The notes below the pieces were generated by a model. The model ran no database searches and was not told the DNA's origin. It was given only the letters and a program-made list of their open reading frames with translations. A stretch of DNA of 64,000 nt from Burkholderiales bacterium RIFCSPHIGHO2_01_FULL_63_240 (lineage in GTDB: Bacteria > Pseudomonadota > Gammaproteobacteria > Burkholderiales > Burkholderiaceae_C). Within the stretch, counting starts at the first letter, position 1, and every line of letters begins with the position of its first letter. The position numbers and the translations under genes are program-made. This document shows, in pieces, positions 13,427-23,922 of this stretch. The stretch spans positions 108,924 through 172,923 of the forward strand of contig MERU01000007.1 in NCBI GenBank assembly GCA_001770725.1. The letters are read 5' to 3'.

Positions 13427-15619
13427 TCAGGCTGGTGGTGGATGGCTGAGCCACTTGAGCAAGGTCGCAAAGAGCTGGGCGCGATCGATGGGCTTGGCGA
13501 TGTGGTCGACCATGCCTGCAGCCAGGCAGAGCTGTTTGTCTTCCTCGAAGGCGTTGGCCGTCATGGCAAGGATGGGCGTGGCCTGATTGAGCCCACCGCC
13601 CAGGATCGCCCGCGTGGCGTCCAGCCCGTTGAGATGGGGCATCTGCATGTCCATCAGGATGAGGGCATAGCGGTTGCGGCGGGCCAGCTCGACGGCCTGC
13701 TCACCGTCTTCGGCCAGGTCGACCGTCAGCCCGACGTGCTCCAGCAGGCACCGCGAGACTTCCTGGTTGATGGGCTCGTCCTCCGCCAGCAGGACCTTGG
13801 CGGAGGCAAACCGCTGCCGCAGTTGGGCCTCGTCCGATGACTGGGCGAGTGGGGGCGTCGGTGCAAGCGATGTCGCGTCGGCTGGCGCCTTGTCGAGCCT
13901 CACGGTGAACCAGAAGGTGCTGCCTGAGCCCGTCTGGCTCTGGACCCCGATGTCCCCGCCCATCAGCCGCACCAGACGCTTGCTGATGGCCAGCCCGAGC
14001 CCGGTGCCGCCATACCTGCGGGTCATGGAGCCATCGGCCTGCTCGAAGTCCGTGAACAGCTTTGCCTGGTCTTCCGGGGCGATGCCGATGCCGGTGTCGA
14101 TGACCTCCCAGCGCAGCAGCAGGTCTTTGTCCGTGTCCTCCGCGATGCGGCAACGCAAGGTGACGTGGCCCTCCTGCGTGAACTTGATGGCATTGCTGAC
14201 CAGGTTGAGCAGCACCTGGCCGAGTCGAGTCGGATCGCCTGTGACACGGAGGTCGCCCAGGCCGGGGGAAAGGTCCACGCGCAGGCGCAGCCCCTTTTCC
14301 GTCGCCTTGTGACCAACGATGGTCAGCAGGTGGTCCACGACCTCCCTGATCTGCAAGTCCACGCGCTCCAGCACGAGGCGTTCGGCTTCGATCTTGGAGA
14401 TGTCGAGGATGTCGTTGATCAGGTGCAGCAGGTGCTGCGAGGCCTTGTCCGCCTTCTCGAGGTAATCGCGTTGCTTGGGATGGGTGGCGAGGTGCAGGGC
14501 CAGGCCGGTCATGCCCATGATCCCGTTCAAGGGCGTGCGCAGTTCGTGGCTCATGTTGGCCAGGAAGGTGCTCTTGGCGCGGCTGGCGGCTTCGGCGGCG
14601 TCCCTGGCCTGGATCAGTTCCAGCTTGGACAATCGCAACTCGGTGTTCGATGTTTCCGCGGCGTCCTTCGCGGCCTGCAGTTCGGCCGTTCGTTCGTGCA
14701 CAAGGGCCGCCAGGTGCTGGTGATAGGCCTGCAGCTCGATTTCAGCCAGGTTGCGTCGGTGGGCGTACTGAGCCAGCAAGAGCATCGGCCCCACGCTCAG
14801 CAGGAGCGCCAGCGCAAACCCGAGCCGGATGGTCCAGGTTTGGCCTTGGTCGTCGGGCCACCCGCCGCGAGGCCTCGCCGCGATCTGCCACGAGCCAGTG
14901 GGCAGGGTGATGGGCAGGGTCACGCCCTGGCCGGCAAAGAGGGTCGGGTCGCCGTGGAACACCTCGCCCTGCTCGCCTTTGCCATCCTTGCCGCGCAGGG
15001 CCACCTCGATCGGCAGGCTGTCGTCGTGCAGCCCGCTTTGTTGATACAGGCGATCGACCTCGAGGACGACGGACAGCAGCCCCCAGAAGCGGCGACCTTT
15101 CTCACCTTCGTCGAGGGTGACGGGGATGCGGGCGATCATGCCCTTGCCGCCTTGAACCAGGTCAAGGGGACCGGCGATGACGAGGGAGTTGGTGTCGCGG
15201 GCCAGTTCGGCGGCGGCCCGCTGGGCGGGGTTGCGGGCGTACTCGAGGCCGATCACCTTTTCGTTGCCGGCCAGGGGGTACACCAGGCGCACCACCATGT
15301 CCGGGGCCGCAGCGATGCTGCGCAGCACGTTGGGGCCTTCGAACAGGGGTTTGGCCGCCCTCTCGAAGTCACGTTGGGTCAAATCGGGTTTGGATGCGAT
15401 CACGGCCACCAGGCCGCGCGAGAGCAGGATGTTGCCGGTCAACTGGCTTTCGAGCCGGGCCTGCAGGATGAGCAGGTGTTCGCGCACCTGGGTCTCGGCC
15501 TCCACGCGCAGCGTGTGCTGGCGTTGCCGCTCGACGAAATAGGCTGCCAGCACCAGCACCACGGCTGTGGTGCATGCCGCCAGGACAATCTGCCAGACCC
15601 CTTTGTAGCGAACATGCAT
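13427..15619 (-). CDS. Hybrid sensor histidine kinase/response regulator with a periplasmic CHASE-like domain
   Basis: Start MHVRYKG at 15619. TM helix, CHASE-like region, second TM helix, coiled coil, HisKA ([16 protein letters not shown]), HATPase (GTGLGLAIS), and C-terminal REC ([10 protein letters not shown]...DMQMPHLNG). Confidence 0.9.
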   Translation of the reverse strand: MHVRYKGVWQIVLAACTTAVVLVLAAYFVERQRQHTLRVEAETQVREHLLILQARLESQLTGNILLSRGLVAVIASKPDLTQRDFERAAKPLFEGPNVLRSIAAAPDMVVRLVYPLAGNEKVIGLEYARNPAQRAAAELARDTNSLVIAGPLDLVQGGKGMIARIPVTLDEGEKGRRFWGLLSVVLEVDRLYQQSGLHDDSLPIEVALRGKDGKGEQGEVFHGDPTLFAGQGVTLPITLPTGSWQIAARPRGGWPDDQGQTWTIRLGFALALLLSVGPMLLLAQYAHRRNLAEIELQAYHQHLAALVHERTAELQAAKDAAETSNTELRLSKLELIQARDAAEAASRAKSTFLANMSHELRTPLNGIMGMTGLALHLATHPKQRDYLEKADKASQHLLHLINDILDISKIEAERLVLERVDLQIREVVDHLLTIVGHKATEKGLRLRVDLSPGLGDLRVTGDPTRLGQVLLNLVSNAIKFTQEGHVTLRCRIAEDTDKDLLLRWEVIDTGIGIAPEDQAKLFTDFEQADGSMTRRYGGTGLGLAISKRLVRLMGGDIGVQSQTGSGSTFWFTVRLDKAPADATSLAPTPPLAQSSDEAQLRQRFASAKVLLAEDEPINQEVSRCLLEHVGLTVDLAEDGEQAVELARRNRYALILMDMQMPHLNGLDATRAILGGGLNQATPILAMTANAFEEDKQLCLAAGMVDHIAKPIDRAQLFATLLKWLSHPPPA

Positions 15620-15740
15620 CCGAGAGACCTCAGCCAGGAACCCGCCGTGATGGACCAAAGTCCATTCTAAGACTTGGGTTATCGGTCAGGGCTGATTTTT
15701 CGCGACGTCACCTCGGGGTGCGGCGCGGCTGAGACATGCG

Positions 15741-16433
15741 TCAATGCAGGAACCGGTAGCCCACCCCGACTTCGGTCAGCAGGTGCCTGGGCATCGACGG
15801 GTGGGCTTCGACCTTCTTGCGCAGGTTGGCCATGTGCACGCGCACGTAGTGGCTGTCTTCGGCGTGCCCTGGGCCCCAGACCGCCTTGAGCAGTTGGCTG
15901 TGCGTGATGACGCGGTCGGGCTGGCCCGCCAGGTAGGTCAGCAGCTTGTACTCGATGGGCGTGAGGTGCACGACTTCGCCACGCCGTGTCAGCTGCCGCT
16001 TGACGAGGTCGAGCTCCAGGTCGCCAAAGGCGATGAGGCTGTCGCCGTTGGGTGCTTGGTGCAGGTGCCGCCGCAGCTGAGCCCGCACGCGCGCCATGAG
16101 CTCGCCCGCGCCGAAGGGCTTGACCAGGTAGTCGTCCGCGCCAGCATCCAGGGCTTCGATCTTGTCGGTCTCGGCGCTGCGGGCCGACAGCACGATCACG
16201 GGTGTGGTGGACCAGTTGCGAAATTCGCGGATGAAGGTCACGCCATCGCCATCGGGCAGGCCGAGGTCGAGCACCACCAGGTCGGGCCTGCGCGTGCCGG
16301 CTTCGATCAGGCCGCGCCGCAGGGTGTCGGCCTCGTGGACTTCGTGGCCCTCGGTTTGAAGGGTGAGGCGAACGAAGTGCCGGATGGTCGGGTCGTCCTC
16401 GATGACCAGGATGTGGGCGTGCAGCTCGCTCAT
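15741..16433 (-). CDS. kdpE: KdpE response regulator (OmpR family)
   Basis: REC plus winged helix, overlapping the kdpD stop by 4 nt. Confidence 0.9.
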   Translation of the reverse strand: MSELHAHILVIEDDPTIRHFVRLTLQTEGHEVHEADTLRRGLIEAGTRRPDLVVLDLGLPDGDGVTFIREFRNWSTTPVIVLSARSAETDKIEALDAGADDYLVKPFGAGELMARVRAQLRRHLHQAPNGDSLIAFGDLELDLVKRQLTRRGEVVHLTPIEYKLLTYLAGQPDRVITHSQLLKAVWGPGHAEDSHYVRVHMANLRKKVEAHPSMPRHLLTEVGVGYRFLH

Positions 16434-19162
16434 GACAGGTGGGGTGTAGCGGTGTGTGCTTGGGCGATGGTGCTGGCGCCGTCATCGCTGGGTGGGGAGC
16501 CGGTGGGCAGGGTCACGGTGAAGCGGGCGCCACCGCCTTCGCGGTTCTCGGCGTGGATGCGACCGCCGTGGGCCTGGACGATGGCCCGGCAGATGGCCAG
16601 GCCCAGGCCCACGCCCGGCAGCGCGCTTTCGCGACTGCCGCGCTCGAACTTCTGGAACAGCGATTCTTCGCGACCGGGTGGCAGGCCCGGGCCGCGGTCG
16701 TCCAGGCAGATCATGACCTGCCCGCTGGCCTGTTCCGCGTGCAGCTCGATGGGCGAGCCGGGCGGGGTGTACTTGGCGGCGTTTTCCAGCAGGTTCACCA
16801 GCACGCGCTCGATCAGCACCGCGTCGAGGTGCAGCAGGGGCAGGTGCTCGGCCAGGCGAACCTCGATGGGGCGGCCCTTGAGCGCGGCCTGGCAGGCGGC
16901 CAGGGCGCTGCCCACCACCTCCTCCAGGGGCTGCCACTGGCGGTTGAGCTGCACGGCACCGGCCTCCAGCCTGGCCATGTCGAGCAGGTTGTTGACGAGC
17001 GCGCCCATGCGGACGGCGGACTGGCGCATGGCCGCGGCGATCTCGCGTTGCTGGTCGGGCAGGTCGTGGCCGGATGCTTCGAGGGCATCGGCCATGCCCA
17101 CCAGGCCGGACAGCGGTGTGCGCAGGTCGTGCGAGATGGCCGACAGCAGGGAGTTGCGCAGGCGCTCGGATTCGATCTGAACCGTGCTGGCCTGCGCGAC
17201 CTCGATGTAGTGGATGCGCTCGAGCGAAATCGCCAGCAGCGAGGCGCAGGTCTCGAGCAGGCGCTGCTGGGCAGGGTCCCAACTGGTTGCCTTGGGCGGC
17301 AAGATGACCAGCGCCCCCCTTGAGCGCATGGGGGCCTTCAGGGGCAGCACCAGCGTGGCGCTGGCGGGCAGGGTGTCGGTGCCCAGGCCAGCGGGCCGCT
17401 CCTTGCTGAAGGCCCACTGGGCCACGGCCAGATCGACCGCGCAGCCACCCTCGGGCACGGGTTGCAGTTGCCCGTTTTCATCGGCGATCAACAAAGTGCC
17501 CTTGGCCTGGAACTCGGCCGCCAGAAAGCGCTGGGCGATGCCCGAGACCTGCTCGACCATCAGCGCCGACGACAGGTCGCGTGCCATTTCATACAGGCTG
17601 CGCACGCGCTGCTCGCGGCGCAGCGCCGATTCGGCCTGGACCTTGAGCACGGCGGTGAGCTGGCCGATGGTCAGGGCCACCGCGAGCATGACCACGAAGG
17701 TCACCAGGTACTGGACGTCGCTGACCGCGAAAGAAAAGCGTGGCTTGACGAAGAAGAAGTCGAACAGGCCCACACCCACGAAGGCCGCCGTCACGGCGGG
17801 GCCACGACCGAAGCGAAGCGCCACGCCGACCACCGTCAGCAGGAACAGCATGACGATGTTGGAGAGCTCCAGGACCTGCATCAGCGGCGTGGCCAGCAGG
17901 GCGGTGAACACGCATGCCGCCATGGCGGCGCCGTGACCGGGCCAGTCGATGGCTCGTCGCTCTGCATCCGTGGGCGCTGCGTTGGCTTGACGGGACGGGG
18001 GCGTTCGCAAGGCCGCAGGCGTGGACACCTGCAGGACGTCGATGTCGCAAGCCATGTCGGCAATTTGATCGGACAGGGCAGCATCCCAGGGCCAGCGGCG
18101 GCCGTGTCGGCCCATCACCAGTCGCACGAGGTTGTGCTCGCGCGCATAACGCACCAGGGCCTGCGCAACGTCGGCACCGGGACGCACCGCGATGGTCGCG
18201 CCCAACTGTGCTGCCAGCTTCAGGGTGCGATCCACCTGGGGCGAGATGCCCGCGCCATGGGCCGAAGCCGCGATGGGCTCGATGTGCACCGCGTGCCAGC
18301 TCACGTCCAGCTGTGCGGCCAGCCGGGCACAGCTGCGCACCACCTTGTCGCCCTGCGTGCCGGAGCCCACGCAGGCCAGCAGGGCCTCCCGGTTGGGCCA
18401 GACCGTTTCGACGGAGGCGCGCTTGCGGTAGGCCAGCACCTGCTCATCGACGCGGTCGGCGGTGCGCCGCAAGGCGAGCTCGCGCAGCGCCAGCAGGTTG
18501 CCCTTGCGAAAGAAGCTGCCCGCCGCGCGTTCGGCTTGCTCGGGCAGGTAGACCTTGCCGGCCTGCAGGCGGGCAAGCAGCTCGTCAGGGGGCAGGTCGA
18601 CGACGACCACCTCGTCGGCCTCGTCGAACAGGCGGTCGGGCACCGTCTCCCAGACGCGGATGCCGGTGATGCCGCTGACCACGTCGTTGAGGCTTTCGAG
18701 GTGCTGCACGTTCATGGTCGACCACACGTCGATGCCGGCCTGCAGCAGCTCCTCGATGTCCTGCCAGCGCTTGGGGTGGCGCGAGCCTGGCGCGTTGCTG
18801 TGTGCCAGTTCATCGACCAGGACGAGGGCATCGTCGTGCGACTGCCCGAAGGCCAGGGCGGCGTCGAGGTCGAACTCCTGCAGCGTGCGGTCGCGGTGAT
18901 GGACCTGCCGCAGCGGCAGCCGCGGCAGCCCTTCGGACATGCGCTCCGTGTCGTGTCGGCCGTGGGTTTCCAGCAGCCCCACGATCAGGTTGCGGCCTTG
19001 GTTCAGGCTGGCCCTGGCCGCGGCCAGCATGGCCCAGGTTTTGCCCACGCCTGCGCAGGCCCCGAAGAAGATCTTCAGGCGGCCCCGGCGTGCGCGGACC
19101 TCGTCCTGCGTCACCTGCTGCAGCAGCTCATCGGGATCGGGTCGTTCTCGGCCAGCGTTCAT
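16430..19162 (-). CDS. kdpD: KdpD sensor histidine kinase
   Basis: 910 aa. N-terminal KdpD domain (GKLKIFFGACAGVGKT), Usp-like region, 4 TM helices, GAF-like region, HisKA and HATPase. Confidence 0.95.
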   Translation of the reverse strand: MNAGRERPDPDELLQQVTQDEVRARRGRLKIFFGACAGVGKTWAMLAAARASLNQGRNLIVGLLETHGRHDTERMSEGLPRLPLRQVHHRDRTLQEFDLDAALAFGQSHDDALVLVDELAHSNAPGSRHPKRWQDIEELLQAGIDVWSTMNVQHLESLNDVVSGITGIRVWETVPDRLFDEADEVVVVDLPPDELLARLQAGKVYLPEQAERAAGSFFRKGNLLALRELALRRTADRVDEQVLAYRKRASVETVWPNREALLACVGSGTQGDKVVRSCARLAAQLDVSWHAVHIEPIAASAHGAGISPQVDRTLKLAAQLGATIAVRPGADVAQALVRYAREHNLVRLVMGRHGRRWPWDAALSDQIADMACDIDVLQVSTPAALRTPPSRQANAAPTDAERRAIDWPGHGAAMAACVFTALLATPLMQVLELSNIVMLFLLTVVGVALRFGRGPAVTAAFVGVGLFDFFFVKPRFSFAVSDVQYLVTFVVMLAVALTIGQLTAVLKVQAESALRREQRVRSLYEMARDLSSALMVEQVSGIAQRFLAAEFQAKGTLLIADENGQLQPVPEGGCAVDLAVAQWAFSKERPAGLGTDTLPASATLVLPLKAPMRSRGALVILPPKATSWDPAQQRLLETCASLLAISLERIHYIEVAQASTVQIESERLRNSLLSAISHDLRTPLSGLVGMADALEASGHDLPDQQREIAAAMRQSAVRMGALVNNLLDMARLEAGAVQLNRQWQPLEEVVGSALAACQAALKGRPIEVRLAEHLPLLHLDAVLIERVLVNLLENAAKYTPPGSPIELHAEQASGQVMICLDDRGPGLPPGREESLFQKFERGSRESALPGVGLGLAICRAIVQAHGGRIHAENREGGGARFTVTLPTGSPPSDDGASTIAQAHTATPHLS

Positions 19163-19201
19163 GGAAGGCGCATCCTCGTTGCCCGGAGTGTGCGCCAGAA
19201 C

Positions 19202-19246
19202 GCATCAAGAAGGCATCAAGACGGATTCTTGATGCCTTCTTGATGC
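19202..19246. promoter_or_regulatory. 20/21-bp perfect inverted repeat built from 11-bp-phased direct repeats (candidate KdpE operator) in the kdpD / kdpF divergent region
   Basis: GCATCAAGAAGGCATCAAGA-cggat-TCTTGATGCCTTCTTGATGC. GCATCAAGA repeats with an 11-bp offset on each arm. Confidence 0.45.
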
Positions 19247-19324
19247 GGGCGTCCCCAAACTTGGCCCTGTCTTGACGAGCCACTTTCTACGATGCATTGC
19301 ATCTGTGGACGACAGGAGAAACAC

Positions 19325-19414
19325 ATGGACTTGGTGTTTGTCGCGCTGGGCGCGGCGTTCTGGCTGCTCACCGCCGGCATGGTGGTGGGTTGCGATCGTT
19401 TGGGCGGGCGGTGA
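19325..19414 (+). CDS. Hypothetical 29-aa hydrophobic peptide immediately upstream of kdpF
   Basis: AGGAGA lies 7 nt before the ATG. Sequence [29 protein letters not shown]. The TGA ends 2 nt before the kdpF ATG. Confidence 0.4.
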   Translation: MDLVFVALGAAFWLLTAGMVVGCDRLGGR

Positions 19415-19416
19415 CC

Positions 19417-19509
19417 ATGAGCGGCGAGCTTTTGCTGTGTGGTGCCCTGGCCGCCGGGCTGCTGATCTACCTGATCGCGGCCCTGCTCAACCCGGAGGAC
19501 TTCTCATGA
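19417..19509 (+). CDS. kdpF: K+-transporting ATPase subunit F
   Basis: 30-aa single-TM peptide [30 protein letters not shown]. Its stop overlaps the kdpA ATG (ATGA). Confidence 0.8.
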   Translation: MSGELLLCGALAAGLLIYLIAALLNPEDFS

Positions 19510-21209
19510 ACACCCAAGCGTGGTCCTTGCTGGGCCTGTTTTGCGTGGTGCTGCTGGCGCTTTCGTGGCCGCTGGGGCGCTACCTTCACCTGGTGATGGA
19601 GGGGCAGGTGGGCTGGATGCGCCGCGTCGAGGCGGCCGTGCTGCGCGCCTGCGGTGTCCGGCCGGAAGACGACATGGGCTGGCGGTCCTATGCGCTCTCG
19701 CTGGTCCTGTTCAACGTGCTGGGCGTGATCGCTGTCTACGCCCTGCAGCGCCTGCAGCAGGTGTTGCCGTTGAACCCCCAGGGCATGGGCGCCGTCTCAC
19801 CCGATTCGGCCTTCAACACCGCGGTGAGTTTCGTTGCCAACACGAACTGGCAGGGCTACGGTGGCGAGTCGACGATGAGCTACCTCACGCAGATGCTGGG
19901 CCTGTCGGTGCAGAACTTTCTGTCGGCTGCCACGGGCATCTCGGTGGTGATGGCGCTGATCCGCGGCTTCGTGCGGCACGGCGCGCAGGGGCTGGGCAAT
20001 GTGTGGGCCGATCTGCTGCGCGCCACCCTGTGGGTGCTGCTGCCCATCTGCTGTGTGTACGCGCTGTTCCTGGTTCAGCAGGGCGTGATCCAGAACTTCC
20101 TGCCCTACGTCGAGCTCCAGACCCTGGCGGGCCAGCCTCAGACGCTGGCCATGGGGCCCGTGGCCTCGCAGGAGGCGATCAAGATGCTGGGCACCAACGG
20201 GGGCGGGTTCTTCAACGCGAACTCGGCCCACCCGTTCGAGAACCCGACGGCCCTGAGCAACTTCGCTCAGATGCTGTCGATCTTCCTGATCCCGGCCGCG
20301 CTGTGCTTCACATTTGGCCGCATGGTGGGCGATGCCCGGCAGGGCTGGAGCGTGATCTCGGTGATGTTTGTGCTGTTCATCGCCGGGGCCTGTGCCGCCA
20401 CGCACTTCGAGCAGCAGGGCAACCCGCTGTGGCAGGCCCAGGGGGTGAACCAGGCCGCAACGGCGGACCAGTCGGGCGGCAACATGGAAGGCAAGGAGGT
20501 GCGTTTCGGCATCGCCGCTTCGGCCCTGTTCGCCACGGTGACGACCGATGCCTCGTGCGGTGCGGTCAACGCCATGCACGACTCCTTCACGCCCTTGGGG
20601 GGCATGGTGCCCCTGGTCAACATGCAGCTCGGCGAGGTGGTCTTCGGTGGCGTGGGCACGGGCCTGTACGGCATGCTGATCTTCGCCGTGATGGCGGTGT
20701 TCCTCGCGGGCCTCATGATCGGGCGCACACCCGAGTACCTGGGCAAGAAGATCGAGGCCTTCGACATGAAGATGGTGTCGTTGGCCATCCTGGTCACGCC
20801 GACCCTGGTGCTGGCCGGCACGGCCCTGGCCGTCTCGCTTGACGCTGGTCGCGTGGGCGTGGCCAACCCCGGCGCACACGGCTTCTCCGAGATCCTGTAT
20901 GCGCTGACCTCGGCCGCGAACAACAACGGCAGCGCCTTCGGCGGGCTGTCGGCCAACACGCCCTTCTACAACGTGCTGCTGGCCGTCGCGATGTGGTTCG
21001 GTCGCTTTGGTGTGATCGTGCCCGTGCTGGCCCTGGCGGGATCGCTGGCCGCCAAGAAGCGACTGGCCGCTCACCAGGGGACCATGCCCACGCACGGGCC
21101 GCTGTTCGTGGCCTTGCTGATGGGCACGGTGCTGCTGATCGGTTTGCTCAACTACGTTCCCTCGCTGGCCCTGGGGCCGGTGGTGGAGCACCTGATGCTG
21201 TGGCGTTGA
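19506..21209 (+). CDS. kdpA: K+-transporting ATPase subunit A
   Basis: Starts [12 protein letters not shown]. 567-aa polytopic protein with KdpA motifs ([18 protein letters not shown]). Confidence 0.95.
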   Translation: MNTQAWSLLGLFCVVLLALSWPLGRYLHLVMEGQVGWMRRVEAAVLRACGVRPEDDMGWRSYALSLVLFNVLGVIAVYALQRLQQVLPLNPQGMGAVSPDSAFNTAVSFVANTNWQGYGGESTMSYLTQMLGLSVQNFLSAATGISVVMALIRGFVRHGAQGLGNVWADLLRATLWVLLPICCVYALFLVQQGVIQNFLPYVELQTLAGQPQTLAMGPVASQEAIKMLGTNGGGFFNANSAHPFENPTALSNFAQMLSIFLIPAALCFTFGRMVGDARQGWSVISVMFVLFIAGACAATHFEQQGNPLWQAQGVNQAATADQSGGNMEGKEVRFGIAASALFATVTTDASCGAVNAMHDSFTPLGGMVPLVNMQLGEVVFGGVGTGLYGMLIFAVMAVFLAGLMIGRTPEYLGKKIEAFDMKMVSLAILVTPTLVLAGTALAVSLDAGRVGVANPGAHGFSEILYALTSAANNNGSAFGGLSANTPFYNVLLAVAMWFGRFGVIVPVLALAGSLAAKKRLAAHQGTMPTHGPLFVALLMGTVLLIGLLNYVPSLALGPVVEHLMLWR

Positions 21210-21219
21210 AGGAGTCCCG

Positions 21220-23286
21220 ATGACACGCTCTGCTTTCAAGTTGCTGGACCCCGCCTTGTTGCGGCCAGCCATGCTCGATGCCCTGCGCAAGCTCGACCCG
21301 CGCGTGCAGTGGCGCAATCCCGTGATGTTCGTGGTCTACGTGGGCAGCTGGTTGACGACGGGGTTGGCCGTCGAGGCCCTGTTCGGTGCGGGTGACGGGC
21401 AACCCGGTTTCGTGTTTGCCATCGCCATGTGGCTGTGGTTCACGGTGCTGTTCGCCAACTTTGCCGAAGCCATGGCCGAGGGGCGCAGCAAGGCCCAGGC
21501 TGCTTCGCTGCGCAGCCTCAAGAAGCAGGCCTGGGCCAAGAAGCTCGAAGCGCCCGATGCGAACGCGAAGTGGCACCCCATCGAGTCCTCGGCGCTGCGC
21601 AAGGGCGACCACGTGCTGGTGCAGGCCGCGGACGTGATCCCCGCCGACGGCGAGGTCATCGACGGGGTGGCCTCTGTCGACGAAAGCGCCATCACGGGCG
21701 AGTCCGCGCCGGTCATCCGCGAGTCCGGCGGCGATTTCTCGGCGGTCACGGGTGGCACGCGGGTGCTGTCCGACTGGATCGTGGTGCGCGTGTCGGTGAA
21801 CCCGGGCGAGACCTTCGTCGACCGCATGATCGCGATGGTGGAAGGGGCCAAGCGCCAGAAGACGCCCAACGAGATCGCGCTGACCATCCTGCTGGTGGCG
21901 TTGACGATTGTCTTCCTGGTTGTCACCGTCAGCCTGCTGCCGTTTTCTTCGTTCGGCGTGGCGGCCTCCGGTGCGGGCTCGCCGGTGTCGGTCACCGTGC
22001 TGGTGGCCCTGCTGGTCTGCCTGATCCCGACCACCATTGCCGGGCTGCTGTCGGCCATCGGCGTGGCGGGCATGAGCCGCATGATGCAGGCCAATGTGAT
22101 CGCCACCTCGGGGCGGGCGGTCGAAGCCGCTGGCGACGTGGACGTGCTGCTGATGGACAAGACCGGCACCATCACCCTGGGCAACCGCCAGGCCAGCGAG
22201 TTCATCCCGGCACCAGGTGTGCGCAAGGCCGACCTGGCCGACGTGGCGCAACTGGCGTCGCTGGCCGATGAAACGCCCGAGGGGCGCAGCATCGTGGTGC
22301 TGGCCAAGCAGCAGTTCGACCTGCGGGGGCGCGACCTGCAGGCGCTGCAAGCCAGCTTCGTGCACTTCTCGGCCCAGACCCGCATGAGCGGGGTCGACCT
22401 GGGAGCCCGCCAGATCCGCAAGGGCGCCGCGGAGGCCATCCGCAAGCACGTGCTCGCCCTGGGGGGGCACTTCCCCAGCGCCGTCGATGCCGCGGTGGAA
22501 AGCGTGGCCAACAAGGGCAGCACCCCACTGGTGGTGTGCGATGGCGCGCAGGTGCTGGGCGTGGTCGAGCTCAAGGACATCGTCAAGGGCGGCATCAAGG
22601 AGCGCTTCGCCGAGCTGCGCCGCATGGGCATCCAGACCGTGATGATCACCGGCGACAACCGCCTGACCGCGGCCGCGATCGCCGCCGAAGCCGGTGTGGA
22701 CGACTTCCTGGCCGAGGCCACGCCGGAGATGAAGCTGGCGCTGATCCGGCAGCACCAGGCCGAAGGACGCCTGGTGGCGATGACGGGCGACGGCACCAAC
22801 GACGCGCCCGCCCTGGCGCAGGCCGATGTGGCCGTGGCCATGAACTCGGGCACGCAGGCGGCCAAGGAGGCCAGCAACATGGTCGACCTCGACAGCAACC
22901 CGACCAAGCTCATCGAGGTCGTCGAGACGGGCAAGCAGATGCTGATGACGCGCGGATCGCTCACCACCTTCAGTGTGGCCAACGACGTGGCGAAGTACTT
23001 CGCCATCGTGCCGGCCGCGTTCGTGTCGACCTACCCGCAGCTGGCCGCGCTCAACGTGATGCACCTGGCCAGCCCGACCTCGGCGGTGCTGTCGGCGGTG
23101 GTCTTCAACGCGCTGATCATCGTCTTCCTGATCCCGCTGGCGATCAAGGGCGTGCCCTATCGCGCATTGGGGGCGGCCACGCTGCTGCGCCGCAACCTGC
23201 TGATCTACGGACTCGGTGGCGTGCTGGTGCCTTTCGTTGGCATCAAGCTGATCGACCTGGTCCTGAGTGCATCGGGCCTGGTCTGA
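21220..23286 (+). CDS. kdpB: K+-transporting ATPase subunit B (P-type ATPase)
   Basis: DKTGTIT phosphorylation motif and [16 protein letters not shown] hinge. Confidence 0.95.
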   Translation: MTRSAFKLLDPALLRPAMLDALRKLDPRVQWRNPVMFVVYVGSWLTTGLAVEALFGAGDGQPGFVFAIAMWLWFTVLFANFAEAMAEGRSKAQAASLRSLKKQAWAKKLEAPDANAKWHPIESSALRKGDHVLVQAADVIPADGEVIDGVASVDESAITGESAPVIRESGGDFSAVTGGTRVLSDWIVVRVSVNPGETFVDRMIAMVEGAKRQKTPNEIALTILLVALTIVFLVVTVSLLPFSSFGVAASGAGSPVSVTVLVALLVCLIPTTIAGLLSAIGVAGMSRMMQANVIATSGRAVEAAGDVDVLLMDKTGTITLGNRQASEFIPAPGVRKADLADVAQLASLADETPEGRSIVVLAKQQFDLRGRDLQALQASFVHFSAQTRMSGVDLGARQIRKGAAEAIRKHVLALGGHFPSAVDAAVESVANKGSTPLVVCDGAQVLGVVELKDIVKGGIKERFAELRRMGIQTVMITGDNRLTAAAIAAEAGVDDFLAEATPEMKLALIRQHQAEGRLVAMTGDGTNDAPALAQADVAVAMNSGTQAAKEASNMVDLDSNPTKLIEVVETGKQMLMTRGSLTTFSVANDVAKYFAIVPAAFVSTYPQLAALNVMHLASPTSAVLSAVVFNALIIVFLIPLAIKGVPYRALGAATLLRRNLLIYGLGGVLVPFVGIKLIDLVLSASGLV

Positions 23287-23301
23287 GGCCCCGACAAGGA
23301 G

Positions 23302-23922
23302 ATGAACATGACATCACACACGTACCTTCGTCCTGCCCTCAGCCTGTTCCTGCTGCTGAGCCTGGTCACTGGCGTGGCTTACCCGCTGGTCGTGACCGGG
23401 GTCGGGCAGGCGCTGTTCTCCGATCAGGCACAGGGCAGCCTGGTGCGGGGCGATGGGCAAGGGGTCGTCGGCTCCCGGTTGATCGGCCAGGCGTTCACCG
23501 ATCCTGGCCACTTCTGGTCGCGCCCCTCGGCCACGGCGCCCACGCCTTACAACGCCGCGAACTCGGGGGGCTCGAACCTGGGCCCGTTGAACCCCGCCCT
23601 GTCGGATGCCATCAAGGGCCGCGTCGAGGCCTTGCGCCAGGCCGATCCGGGCAATGTCCAGCCGATCCCGGTGGACCTCGTGACGGCTTCTGGCAGCGGG
23701 CTGGACCCCCACATCAGCTTGGCCGCGGCGCGCTACCAGGTGGCGCGTGTGGCGAGGGCCCGGGGCTTGCCGCGCGAGGCGGTCCAGGCCCTGGTCGAGC
23801 GCCACGCCGAGCAACCCTGGCTGGGGTTCCTGGGCGAGCCTCGGGTCAACGTGCTGGCCTTGAACCTCGAGCTGGATTCTCTGAACAAGGCCCCGGCTCA
23901 GGTGGGCAAGGCGGCTTCGTGA
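23302..23922 (+). CDS. kdpC: K+-transporting ATPase subunit C
   Basis: 206 aa, N-terminal TM helix, KdpC motifs ([19 protein letters not shown]). Confidence 0.9.
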   Translation: MNMTSHTYLRPALSLFLLLSLVTGVAYPLVVTGVGQALFSDQAQGSLVRGDGQGVVGSRLIGQAFTDPGHFWSRPSATAPTPYNAANSGGSNLGPLNPALSDAIKGRVEALRQADPGNVQPIPVDLVTASGSGLDPHISLAAARYQVARVARARGLPREAVQALVERHAEQPWLGFLGEPRVNVLALNLELDSLNKAPAQVGKAAS

